From assembly GCA_051294375.1 (NCBI GenBank), contig CM119266.1:18036087-18100086 (forward strand): a DNA stretch of 64,000 bases, given 5' to 3'. The position numbers and the translations under genes are program-made. The DNA is from Paraspadella gotoi (taxonomy: Eukaryota; Animalia; Chaetognatha). Position 1 is the stretch's first letter. Every line of letters begins with the position of its first letter. Below, in pieces: positions 13,328 to 24,900 of this stretch. A model generated the notes under the pieces. That model had not been told where the DNA came from and did not search any database. It was given only the letters and a program-made list of their open reading frames with translations.

Positions 13328-13679
13328 ATCTCTAATTAAATTCGTTTGTAACACAATTAAAAACTTTGTTTTTTCTCTAAATAGTAATTTATATAAATGT
13401 TTGATGCATATTTATATCAAATTTTTTTGAGTATTTAATTACTATTTTCTAATAAAATTAAGTTTATACACTTTTTTCATAACAGGCTTTATTCAGAAAA
13501 TATAATATTTATATTTATTACATTTCTGTTTACCATAAAAAATATTAATAAATTAATACTATTATTAAATATAATCAGTATATTTTTATATATTTTTATC
13601 AGTAATCACTTAAGAAGTATAAATATTTTAAATTTGTATATTAAAAAGAATTAATATGACAGTCTGCTATCTATAATTT

Positions 13680-13794
13680 AAAAAAAAAACCCAAAAAAAA
13701 CCAATAAAACCTAAAAAAAACCAAAAAAAAAAAACCAAAAAAACCCCAGTTGGCTGGGTTTTTTAAAAAAAAACCCTGGTTTTTGCCAACCCAG
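13680..13794 (-). mobile_element. Possible DNA-transposon end with A-rich CCAAAAAA repeats
   Basis: Reads CTGGGTTGGCAAAAACCAGGG on the minus strand, resembling CAGGG-type TIRs. Partner end not found. Confidence 0.3.
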
Positions 13795-13994
13795 CATTAA
13801 CAATATTAATACCGGAATTCTGTTAGTTTGTAACCTGTTCCGCATTGCAGTGCATAGTGCACTTCATACACTAAGCCACGCTAACTTTCATCGTGTCATA
13901 CATGAAACTGGACAAACTGACTTCATAAAAGAATCACGGAATGGAATGTTCATTTATTCGCGAAAGTAAATGAAGCAAAAAGTGGTTTTCTTAC

Positions 13995-14210
13995 ATGTTT
14001 CCTTTTCCGTCTTCTCGAGCGGAGACGGGCGTAAACTCCATGAGGTTAACATCTGGCGCACTGGCCGCTTTGCCTGCTTCTTCGATCTTTGCGTCGACTT
14101 GGTCATCCTTGCCGCTGTGGTCCCACAGATCCGACATTCTTTGGCTGATCTTTTTAAATTTTCCTGAGAGCATCTGCCGACTAACGTCATGCCCTCTTCT
14201 CAGAATACGG
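13995..14210 (-). CDS. Probable coding exon of an uncharacterised gene divergent from the 14439 gene
   Basis: Open frame RILRRGHDVSRQMLSGKFKKISQRMSDLWDHSGKDDQVDAKIEEAG..., bounded by TATAAG| acceptor and |GTAAGA donor. Confidence 0.4.
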
Positions 14211-14438
14211 ACTTATACTAAATATATTTGAATTTTCTTAAATCTTAAACTTTAATTGCTCAATAGATTTAACGACACGGAATCTGAGAAAGGGCATCGA
14301 AAAAAAGTTTGGATTCGGGTAGCGATGGCTCTACTTTAAATCGGCGTCGCAAAGATTTCCGCCGTTATTCCGGTAAAACGTTCGAGATCGGTAGTGGCGA
14401 ATTCTAGAGGGCGTGCGTAGTGAGTTAGCGTGTTTTCG

Positions 14439-17400
14439 ATGAGTACCGCGTCGTCGGCGTCGATTGATCTCGAATCTGTCTCGCGACTCCTGCAAGGTCT
14501 CGCTTGTTAGGTTAGAGAACGTGTTCAAATTTAAATTAGGCAAAACTTGCCATCGATTAATGAGTACAACTTACGAAGTAGTCCTCGGTTAATTTTCATA
14601 CGACTCTTGATTTTCGTTGTTTTCAGTGATGTCTCCGATGTTTCGGACGTGGCCGAGGCTAATTCCAAGAAGCGCATCATCTCCCAACCCGCCTTCAAAC
14701 CCAAATATTCAGGTTTGACTTTTTTATTAACAATATAATTAAATGACAAATGATTGGCCGATAATCGGTCGAATTTACGTAAATAAAAAGATTAGTTATT
14801 AAATAGTTAAAATATATACGAGTAGATATATAGTACAAACTTGTAAAGCGACGTTTCCTTCCCTAATTTCGTTTCATTTCTCCCTACTAGCGCTGAAACC
14901 CCCGACGGCGTCGTCTTCCTCAACGCGTTCGTCCATCGGCGCCAAACTCAAGTCTTCCAAGTCTTCCGCTGCAGAGACGACGACCTCTTCCGAGGGTCGG
15001 CGCCGTACCTTGCAGGCACCGAGATCTCGGCGGCCTTCTGGCGACGCCGCCGCTGTCCCAGCGCCTCGTCCCGGCGCTCGATCCTCCTCGCAATCTCGCG
15101 TTCCGGCGCCTCGAGGGGAATCCCCTTCCCGCCTGCCCACGGCCTCTCGCCGCGGCGTTTCCCCGACGTCGACGGCACCGCGCGCCAAACCGCCTCCAAC
15201 CGCCGTGGCGCCGATCCAAGTCGCCCCTCCCGGCCCGAAATCCGGCGCCATCAGATCGAAAACCCGCGGTGGCGCCGCTGCCTGCGGTTCTAAAGCGTTC
15301 AAAGCGCTGGCGCCGCTCCGGGCCGTGGGAGAGCTGAGGATGAACAGGGACGAGAAGGCGAGAAGGGAGGCGACCTTCGTTAAGGACGAAGACGACGATG
15401 ATGGCGCCGTTTTTAGCGCCAGTAGCGCCGCGTCGGTTAACGGGGCTTCGGCGAACGCTTCTCCAATCAAAGAGGCAGTCAAACGTCGATCGGGTGAGAA
15501 ATATTTGTCTAGTCGCCGTCGCCATCGTCGTCAAATTTGTTTGTAGATTTGCGCATTGTAAACTTTATCTCGGTCTTATCACGCGGGATTTTTAAACTTG
15601 AACCCATTCCCCCTCAGTATCGACGCTTCGATTTAGTCGAATGCCTAAATGCAGGTGAATGCGGCATCAGCTTACCATTACTGTCCAGTAGGCCGGATCG
15701 ATATCCGAGTTAGGCCTTGCCTGTCTGTGATTCCAGTACTTTCCATGTACTTGAATATGTATATGAAGTTAATTTTTTTTAAATGTAAGGCGCATTATTG
15801 AATATTTACGTTTTAAAATTTAACCGCACTATAATATGCAAATGAGATTAAAGGACAAATGATTTTTTAATATAAATCAAAATATTGGCAAATTAAAATT
15901 AGAATCTACATTATCTTATCTCAACAGTAGTATTTATTTGTATATACAGTTAGTAACTCTTAAAATTTTTTTTTTTTTTGGAAAATATATAAATAAACAA
16001 ATATTCTAATTATAATAATTAATGTGATTAGTATTGAAAATTATAAAAGGATTTAAAATATTATCCTTTACACTGCCCACGAATCAGGGCAGCAAGCGGA
16101 TGGCACAGTTGACAGATGCAAGAATCATATCGAATGGATCTAAAAGATTTTGGAAGCACACAATATAATGGGAGACGCTGAACACGAACCAAGTATTCTG
16201 ACACTTATCATTTATTACTTATTAGCATGATACTCATTCACTGAAAAGCAAACATCTCTCTCTCTCTCTCAAACTTGATGTGCAGAGTAATTTTGCTAAT
16301 GTTTTTTTCAAAAGCTGATGAAGACTCGAAATTAAAGAGTCGAAACATGTACTGTTTTATTAACACTAAACTTGTTGTTTTGGCAATTCAATAAACTCTG
16401 TTAAATATTCACTATAGCAACGAAAAGAGAGAAAAATTATAATAAATGATAATCAAATAATAATTAAACAATTATTATAAATGAAAGTTCATTTAAAGCG
16501 TTCATTGCGAATAGTCCATCTCGAGATTCTCGATGTCCTCACGAATTCATCTCCAACAAAAAAACAGAAAACGTTTTATTAGAGACATGATTTTAGGCGA
16601 AATTCAAGAGTGTTCAATACAATAGTGTCTCGCTTTTTCTAATAGAAAAATGACCGTGTGACCTTAAAATTTGAACGTTGGAGACTTCATATTTGCCACG
16701 TTGCGAGTTACAAAAGAGAGAGAGAGAGAGAGAGAGATGAGAGAGAGAGAGAGGGAGAGAGAGAGAGAGAGAGAGAGATCATGGGGAGTGTCGTCCGCAC
16801 ATCCCCCCGGCGAGAGACACAGTTCCGGTTTGAAGTGTGGCTGATCTTTTACGCGCCAGGGTGGAGGGTGGAATTCTCTTGCTAGCAGGGATTTGGGAGT
16901 GATTTCGCTTACTCAAATAATGCCGCTCATTGATGCCGCCGTAGCTTTAGCGATTCCTCTCTTTATGATCGAATTCGTCAACTCAAACAAAATCTCCATC
17001 GATCGAGAAATCTCTATTTATTCTCCAGCTCAGATCAACGATGTTTCTTCGCCCTTCGCGTCTTCTCTAACGAAAGAGCGAATATCTCCGAATACTCCGT
17101 TTCCGTTCGCGAGTGACACCAAAAAAAATCTTTCCTATACTTTAAATATTTTATAAATATAATTATAAGTATATCGTTAGTTGGAGAAATACTGGAAGTT
17201 TTTTATGTATAAGTTTCATTTCATGTTTGATTCATTTACTATTCTATATTAAATTTTTTATCTAACACAGTAAAATTTGCAAAAAAAAACTATTTTAGAC
17301 CTGTTCTTGATTGCATTAAAGAAAAGTATTACATCATAAGAAATCCCTATTAATGGCTGAATCAATGTTTTACTAAGAAACGGTTCTGTTTTCATTCATT

Positions 17401-19250
17401 TCTATGACCAAATCTGAAAGTTATTTCTACGAGTTTCTAAACTGTTTTTTTCCTATTTTCTCATTAAACATACATTTTGAGCATCTTGTCAACTCATTTT
17501 TGGATGGGGGACGCTTGAACGTTAGTTTCCTCGTGCGAGAAGATAAAATTCTTCTTCAGAGAGAGAGAGAGAAAGAAAGAAAGAAAGATAGAGAGAAAGA
17601 AAGGAGAAAGAAAGAAAGAGAAATAAATCAATTCTCTATCTTGCAATTGTATGACCGGTCAGGGGCTTTATTTATTTCTTTTTCTCGCTTATTTTCTTTG
17701 ATATTGTTTATAAATCTTAATGTATTATTTTAAATACATAAAATTTTCATTGCTTAACTGAGAAACAACTTTTTATTAAATAAAAATAAAACTAAAACTA
17801 AAATTCGATGTCACGTGACCAATTTCCACCAATCACAGAGCGTAATTGATGATTTTTTTAGAAATTGTAAAATCTGCAGTGGATCCTGAATATTTTTTGG
17901 AAAATTATTGTTGTGATATCAAATAAAACTACATTAGGTAAAGGAATCACCGACAGGCAACATATTTTGAAAAATTATATATGCATATGATCCGCCCTAC
18001 TGTCCAGTATATACTACTCCATTGCCGTTTTCTCCTTTTCCCATCCTTATATTTGGGCTTTTATAAATAATAAATTTACGATCCGCTTTTTGCATGCTAT
18101 TGCTCTTACATATATTACAAGGAGATCCACAGGTACCGACCTAAAAAAAATGGCTACCGCACCCATACGACCTATCCATTTGTAATGATATAGATTTTAT
18201 TAGTTAAAGAAGTCCTGAAAATTTTTTTTTCATATATCACAGTGCAAAAACTCGACATTTTTTCCAGCAGGAAAGAATCTTGAATTTTTGAAATTCTTTG
18301 AACAAATTTACAGCCTGCCTTGCGCTACCTTTTTAAAGTTTCTTGACTAACTTACAGGTCATTCATGGCCGACCTACTATAAAACAGGAAGCCGTTGACT
18401 TTGTCCGGCTCATAAAAAAAATATAATAGACAAGACCTGCATTGAATAGCAGAGAATGAAGTTCAAGGCAGAAAATCAGAATCTCAAATAAATTAATTCG
18501 AAAATCAGAAAAGGGCACCATGATTTTGCAATAAGTTTAGGGTACTCAAAAATATTTCATGACTTGTGATTGTTTTGCCATGTTAATAAAAAACGGTATT
18601 CAAATTAGTGACTGAGGAAGACGGTGACGCGAGCAGTTCATCGTTAGGTGCACACAAGGTCCCAATCTTCGGATCGGGCTGTAGTCCGTCACTACAAGTG
18701 AGTGAGACGCCCCGTCGCCCTTTCTTGTGTGAATCAGCCGGGCGCGAACCCGAGTCCTTTGGGTTGGGAGGAGTTCGTGCTACCTCCGGCGCCATTGGTG
18801 CTGCTGATTCTCGGACGAGTAACGGGGTATGAAATACTACCGCTACACAACTGAGCTATTTGATGTCGGTACCCGTGGATCTCCTAGTACAAGTTGAAAT
18901 TTACTATGAAATTCTCCCAATACATATTTATCTAAAGCGACCTTGTTTTATATCTTTCCTTCTCTTCCCGGCCATCCATTATTCCCACAACCACTTAGCT
19001 CAAATTAATATAACTCCCCTCTCTCCCATCTCCCTCTCACCCCCCCAGGTATTCCCTCGCTTAGTTCCATCCTGGACCCCCTCTCCTCCCCCACCTCGTG
19101 CGTGCCTCCCCCGCGGCGGGAATTACCCGCCTCGCCTCCACGCCCGTCCTCAAGGAGAAGAAAAAGCGGTCGGTGTGGTCGCCGGTGGAGAAGACCAAGC
19201 CTGTGGCCGGGATGGAGCACTTGGTTTGCACAAAGACTGTCAAGCGCTGA
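14439..19250 (+). CDS. Uncharacterised Ser/Pro/Arg-rich protein with SxIP-like motifs; exons ~14439-14510, 14628-14712, 14891-15493, 19049-19250
   Basis: Phase-compatible GT-AG joins give ...DVSDVAEANSKKRIISQPAFKPKYS|ALKPPTAS...SRVP...SRLP...KRRS|GIPSLSS...KEKKKRSVWSPVEKTKP...*. The model needs two assumed indel corrections. Confidence 0.5.
16250..16430 (+). mobile_element. Diverged Penelope pLTR fragment
   Basis: Same order as 13210-13381: (CT)n, TGTGCA..ATTTT, hammerhead, AAACTCTGTT, then CAACGAAAA matching the tail. Confidence 0.7.
16311..16356 (+). ncRNA. Minimal hammerhead ribozyme, variant
   Basis: CTGATGA-A-GACTC(GAAATTAAA)GAGTC-GAAA-CATGTA. Stem II is compensatorily changed and the triplet is GUA. 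Confidence 0.8.
18608..18804 (-). mobile_element. tRNA-derived SINE, best-preserved copy
   Basis: Minus strand GCACCAATGGCGCCGGAGGTAG (A box) ... CTCCCAA ... GGGTTCGCGCCCGG (B box), followed by a body shared with three other copies. Confidence 0.75.
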
Positions 19251-19790
19251 CTTCTTCGACGGTCCGTTGACCCCGGACCTCCGGTGGTGAAGGAGGGGTT
19301 GGACGCGTCACACCGAAAATGAAACCCACGGAGGATGAGTGCAACAGATTTAATATGCGAACAACTCTTAATTTTACTCGCAAATGATTGCTGAATAACA
19401 TTTAACAATAAACTAATTTATTCGAGGAAAAAACGTATTGTTAAAATCGGCTATAATGTGATATAAGTATTAAACTTGATGGCGATGATGTTTCTTGTAC
19501 CTCGAAATGCCTTTCAGTTTTAAAACATTCACTCACAAATTTTATTATTTACAATTAAGAGCACAATGTGCCTTCTCAAAGTTTACTTTGTAGTCAGTGG
19601 TCTTATGCTTTCTACTTTTCGAGCTTTCCAAATTCTACAAAATACTTTAGCGAACGGTACACCCAAGTAGCCAACGGTTAGATACTCTTAGACCCGATTG
19701 TGGTCACCAGAGTTTGTAATGGATTTGATATGGCTTACGATTTTACTCAATTTTATCATTAATAACCCATTTTGAGCAATATACAAATTA

Positions 19791-20481
19791 CAGAAGGCTC
19801 ATGTTACGCCGTTTTTTGAGTCGAGATTCGGTTCTGGAATAACTACTGGACCAAATGTGTTGAAATTTTGTATATATGATCATTAAGGGAATGCAAATAG
19901 AACTATCCAGGTATATTTCAATATTTGACCCCTGAGCCGAGATATGGGCCCCCATGGGTATCGCCCACAGGGGCGAAAAATGGTCAAAATCTTTTTTTCG
20001 AATTTTTAGAATATTTTAATTTTGAATAGTTGGATAGACGTTTACTTATCCTGAAAAATGTATTTATTACTACCAACACACTAATTGAACTTAATTTTTA
20101 TATCCATGAACAGATTTGAAATAACAAGAAAAAAATTTAAGTAAAATGATAAACCATTCTTCTTCAAGCAATGTCTATTTAACAAAAATACATCAATTTA
20201 ACATGTAAAATGTTTTTTTATTTGGTTAAGACATCAATGCAACTGATGCCTCAAATAAATTAATGAAAATTAAAAAAAATATTTAAGCTTTTTTCGCCCC
20301 CTAGGGGTACAACCCCGAGCCCTGTATCTCCTCTCCTATCAAAAATCCCCTCTATAGTTCCCTTTTTATAGCCAGCGTTTACCTTGATGCCAAAATTTAT
20401 CAAATTTAATTGAATAGTTTATGGGGAACCGATTCTCGGGACGAAAAAACGGTGTATCATTTTCTAATATAACGCCTTCTG
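19791..20481. mobile_element. MITE with TA target duplication
   Basis: TA|CAGAAGGC...GCCTTCTG|TA, plus subterminal inverted match CCGTTTTTTG..GAGATTCGGTTC / GAACCGATTCTC..GAAAAAACGG. Confidence 0.75.
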
Positions 20482-20516
20482 TACATAGTAATCCAATCCG
20501 TTCACGAGTTTTAATA

Positions 20517-21114
20517 CAGGGAGGTCCAGCTCTTTTGGACTAACTTAAAAAAAATAATTTTGACGGGTAACTAAAAAAATAATCAAATGAAAATTGGTAC
20601 ACTTGTAAAAAATTGTAACGACTACACGTACACACTCAAATAAAAAGATTCATCTTTGGCCACCATTAACTTCTCCAAAAGTTCGAAGGAGGCAGCATAT
20701 GATTTTGTGACCGCGCCCATTGGGAATGTTGTCATTTCTGTCACTATTGTTGCTGTCAGAAAGTCGAAAGTTCTAGAGGGGACGCGTGGGACATTCTGCT
20801 TCTCTATCCTACATTTTCATTAATATAATCAGGGGGATTACAGTCAGAAAAACTGCGGGGCCAAAAGTTTGGAGTCACCATACTTCATCTTGATTTCTGC
20901 TAAAATTTCCCAAAATTGTGTAAAGAAGCGTCGCGAAGAATTTTGACATGTTATGCAAAAATCTTTAATTACCATAGTTGCTGTTGGATTTTCCAAACGT
21001 TTTTGACATCGACTGAAAGATAATTTAGCTTAGATCCCAAATATACCATTTTTTCGTTACTGTTTTTGTGCTGTTAACACTTGAAGTTAGTCCCATTAGA
21101 GCTGGACCTTCCTG
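20517..21114. mobile_element. Tc1/mariner-type MITE
   Basis: TA|CAGGGAGGTCCAGCTCTTTTGGACTAAC ... GTTAGTCCCATTAGAGCTGGACCTTCCTG|TA (~28-bp TIR). Confidence 0.85.
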
Positions 21115-21184
21115 TACTTTTATCGAAAACTTAAGCAAGTTTTATTTTCTCCCGATTTTTGAAACGTTTATAGAATAAAAATAA

Positions 21185-21575
<391 letters not shown>

Positions 21576-21983
21576 CCGGCGCCGCATCATGGTGCCGACC
21601 TCTGGCGCCGCCGCGATGCGGACCTTCGCCTGCTTTTTTCCTTATTAACTTCGTTGTCCAGAACAAAATCGAGTCGACAAACGAAAGTTAATGGCGCGTT
21701 TGAATCTTCGATCTTCAGGCTTCGTTCTTCTTCTTTTGTTTTCTTGAAGAGTAAATTAGTAATATATGTAGTTAACGTTTCTGTTTCAGCCTTTTTGTTT
21801 TCTTAATTTTTTTTCAGATATATTCATCGCATAAAAACTATTAAAAAAACAAAATTCTTAAGTTTAACCATGTGAGCGGCTCAGCCATCGCCCCCTGCTT
21901 TACACACCCTGACAGCCTCTCCCAATTCATCGAAACGGTGGCGCAATGGCCCGGCGCCCCCTTTCCGTCACAGACCGGCGCTG

Positions 21984-24900
21984 ATGGCGAGGCGGACGGT
22001 AGGCGGCGGCGACGTCATCAGCCGCTGCCTTCGTTCGCGACGTCAAGATCGACGCGAGGATGAAGACGTCGTTCCTGTCGTCGTCCGCGGCGTCGTCGGA
22101 GAATTGGGTAAGGAAGTTGAAAGCTAGTAATAGTATTAAGATTAAGATTAAGATAGTAATAGTATTAAGATTAAGATAGTAATAGTATTAAGATTAGAGG
22201 TATTGTGGAAAACGATGCCGCGAGCAATTCATCGTCCGTTTCACACAAGGTCCCGAATTTTGGATCGGGCTGTAGACCCTCACTTCAGGTGTGTTAGACG
22301 CCCCATCACGCTTACTTGTGTGAATCAGCAGGGCGCCATGTCCTTTGGGTTGGGAGGAGTGCGTGCTACCTCAGGCGCCATTGGCGATGCTAATTCTCAG
22401 GGTAATAGTACTACCACAAGTGTATTAAATTAATTTTAAGTAGGATGATTAATTGATTAAATTATAGATTTTTGTAAGGTACGGAGTCCTTAACCCACCA
22501 TAGCTTGTCCGAAGTCAGGGGCGATATAGTAGCTTATTTATTGACTGAATGGAAAATGATAATAATATAATAATATTAATTTTTTTATCCGTTGTACTCA
22601 CTTTTTATCTCGACAGACGGGCTAAAGCCCGACTTGGGCGAGATGTAGGATCGCTTCTGCTTCTTTGTGACCGTTGTCGTTGTTGTCGTCGTTGTCGTTA
22701 TCGTCGTCACGCTTTTTTACAATTGAAAATTGTAAAATTGTGTAACCTTAAGAAGTTAAAAATTTAGATATAGCTTTTAATCAACAAGATCTTTTAGATT
22801 CACATGTTTCATATTGCTACACGCATTTTTTTGTTTTATTTACAAAACAATTTTTATATATATACAATTTATACAAATAATGAATTATAATTGTTTTAAT
22901 TATATGTTGCTCTCTCTTTTAAATATATGACGCTCTCTCTCTTTTTATGAATTATTATTGTTTTAATTATATGTTGCTCTCTTTTAAATATATGACGCTC
23001 TCTCTCTTTTTTTCCGTCACTGCTTCTTCTGATTCGTCTAAAAACAAAAATAAAGAAGGAAGTTACTGAAAAGAAATTCAATGTAGATTTAGAAACATTC
23101 TGATTTTTTTTAAATCAAACAAGTTTTCGAGTAGATATCCTTTATTAAAAATGTCATATACTTTTTTCCTAGATAGTATTTTTAAGATTTTTAAATTTAA
23201 ACTAAAAAAAAAATGAGTTAGGTTTGAGTTGATTTTAAAATATATAATGTGATGATAGCACAGCGTTTTCTAACTGTCACTTTCGCCCACCCAAACCTCA
23301 ACTCTTAATTTTATTCCACACCCCAACCAGGCCCGACCGACTTTCGCCTCCTCCACAAGATTGGCTCCGGGGGTTTCGGCTGCGTCTCCGCTGCGCTCCA
23401 TCTTCCGTCGGCGACGCACTTGGCCGTCCGGGAGACTCACCTCGATCGACTTACGGGGTGAGGGGGGAAATTTTTCTTCGCTGTGAAATTGTGAAATCTT
23501 GAAGTGTAAATTTTGAAGTGTGAACTGTGAACTCCTTCCCCCTCTCAAGGGGCGACTCCTCCTCTGCTCTGGCCGCCCTCTCCTGTGAGATCCGCCTCTG
23601 CCGCCTCCTTCGCCACCCTGGCGTCGTCACCGTCGCCGCCGCTTTTATCGCCGACGACGCCGTTTGGACAGTGATGGAGCTCGCCACTCACGGTGGGTGG
23701 ATGCGTAAGAGCTCGCCATGCGCGGAGGATTGATATTGAAGTGCTTTCCCTTTCTCCCCTCTTCTCCCTCCCCGTCCTCCCCCAGGTTCTGCCCGGGATC
23801 TCCTCAACTCATTCTACCCCTGCGGCCTCCCGGAACTCGTCGTCGGCGCCGTCCTACTTCAACTTCTCTGCGCTGTAGATTATCTCCACCGTCGCGCCGG
23901 CGTCGTCCACCGCGATATCGCCGCCCACCACCTCTTGTTGACCCTGGGCGGGGCAGGAAGGCTTGGCGCCACCGTCAAACTCGCGGGTGAGTATTGGGTT
24001 GAAGTTCAGGAGAACATTACTATATTACCAACCCTATAAGTAAGGACTTAGACTTTGAGCAAAGGAAGCAATTGGTTTTGGCACTGAATGGTAAAATTAG
24101 TAAATCGATTATATAATATATTATGGTGGACTAAAATCCACCTACCGTTCATCAGCGACCATTGGTGCAGGAGGCAAGTCATTCGCCTCCCAACCCAAAT
24201 GTCCGGAGTTCTAGCCCTGTAATCGCCTAGCAGTTAAGAGAGTCGGGGCGCTTAACCCGCCTGTAACACGGTGTTACAGCCTGATCCGAAACTCATGGAC
24301 TGCTTATATTGAACGCTTCTGTCACTAAATCATAACAATAATTACTGTCTCTTCAATATATTTACTTTTTATTATTACTTAAATTTCCGAGTAATTATTA
24401 CATTATTCCTTTATGACATCATCAAGTTAATCGAGAATCTAATTAAAAATTTTACAAAAACTTAAGTTATCCCAAATGCTATAATATGCAAATGAGATTG
24501 GATAGCTGTTAGGGGGCGAATCCTGCGTACCCCCTAACGGGTAATGATGAGTGTGGGGTGACCAAAGGAGTGTCACCAAAAGTCAAGGCGTGGCAGAATG
24601 TCTCGCTCCAACCAGAAGAGAAACACAATGATCAAGAACCACATAACCTATCAGTAACCCAACGCCTCTCCTATACAATAACTCATTATAGCTGAAAAGG
24701 AAAGACATTGAATAACAAATATCAATCAATGAATAATAAATGAATAGACACGTGGTGAAATGTTTTATATGTCAATGTGATTAATATTCAAATGAATAAA
24801 AGTCCGATGATGAATCTTCACGAAAGTTTCTTCCCGACATAGCTTTCTCTTTTTATCGTCGCAATCGCTATGCGTTTGCGACGATTTTGCTGTGGTTTTG

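Larger units (their letters stand above)
11597..13381 (+). mobile_element. 5'-truncated Penelope-like retroelement with inverted 5' pseudo-LTR
   Basis: GIY-YIG ORF. 11633-11800 is the reverse complement of 13210-13381. 13-bp direct repeat TAGTAATTTATAT at 11584-11596 and 13382-13394 (TSD). Hammerhead motif in both pLTRs. Confidence 0.92.

Noticed and set aside
14335-14500. Minus-frame peptide TDLERFTGITAEIF resembling a dynein AAA lid
   Set aside because: Too short, no other dynein exons, and the plus strand has the better splice-consistent model.
14874-15534. Long minus-strand ORFs (202 and 204 aa)
   Set aside because: Antisense shadows of a GC-rich plus-strand exon.
17808-17840. GTCACGTGAC E-box plus CCAAT motifs as a promoter
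   Set aside because: Intronic, with no associated gene start. Such motifs are common inside repeats.
18660-18720. Twister- or HDV-like ribozyme in the SINE body
   Set aside because: The required pseudoknot pairings and conserved loop residues could not be placed. A simple hairpin explains it.
18740-18804. Functional tRNA-Gly gene
   Set aside because: Acceptor and anticodon stems do not pair, and the sequence continues into a repeated body, so it is a SINE head.
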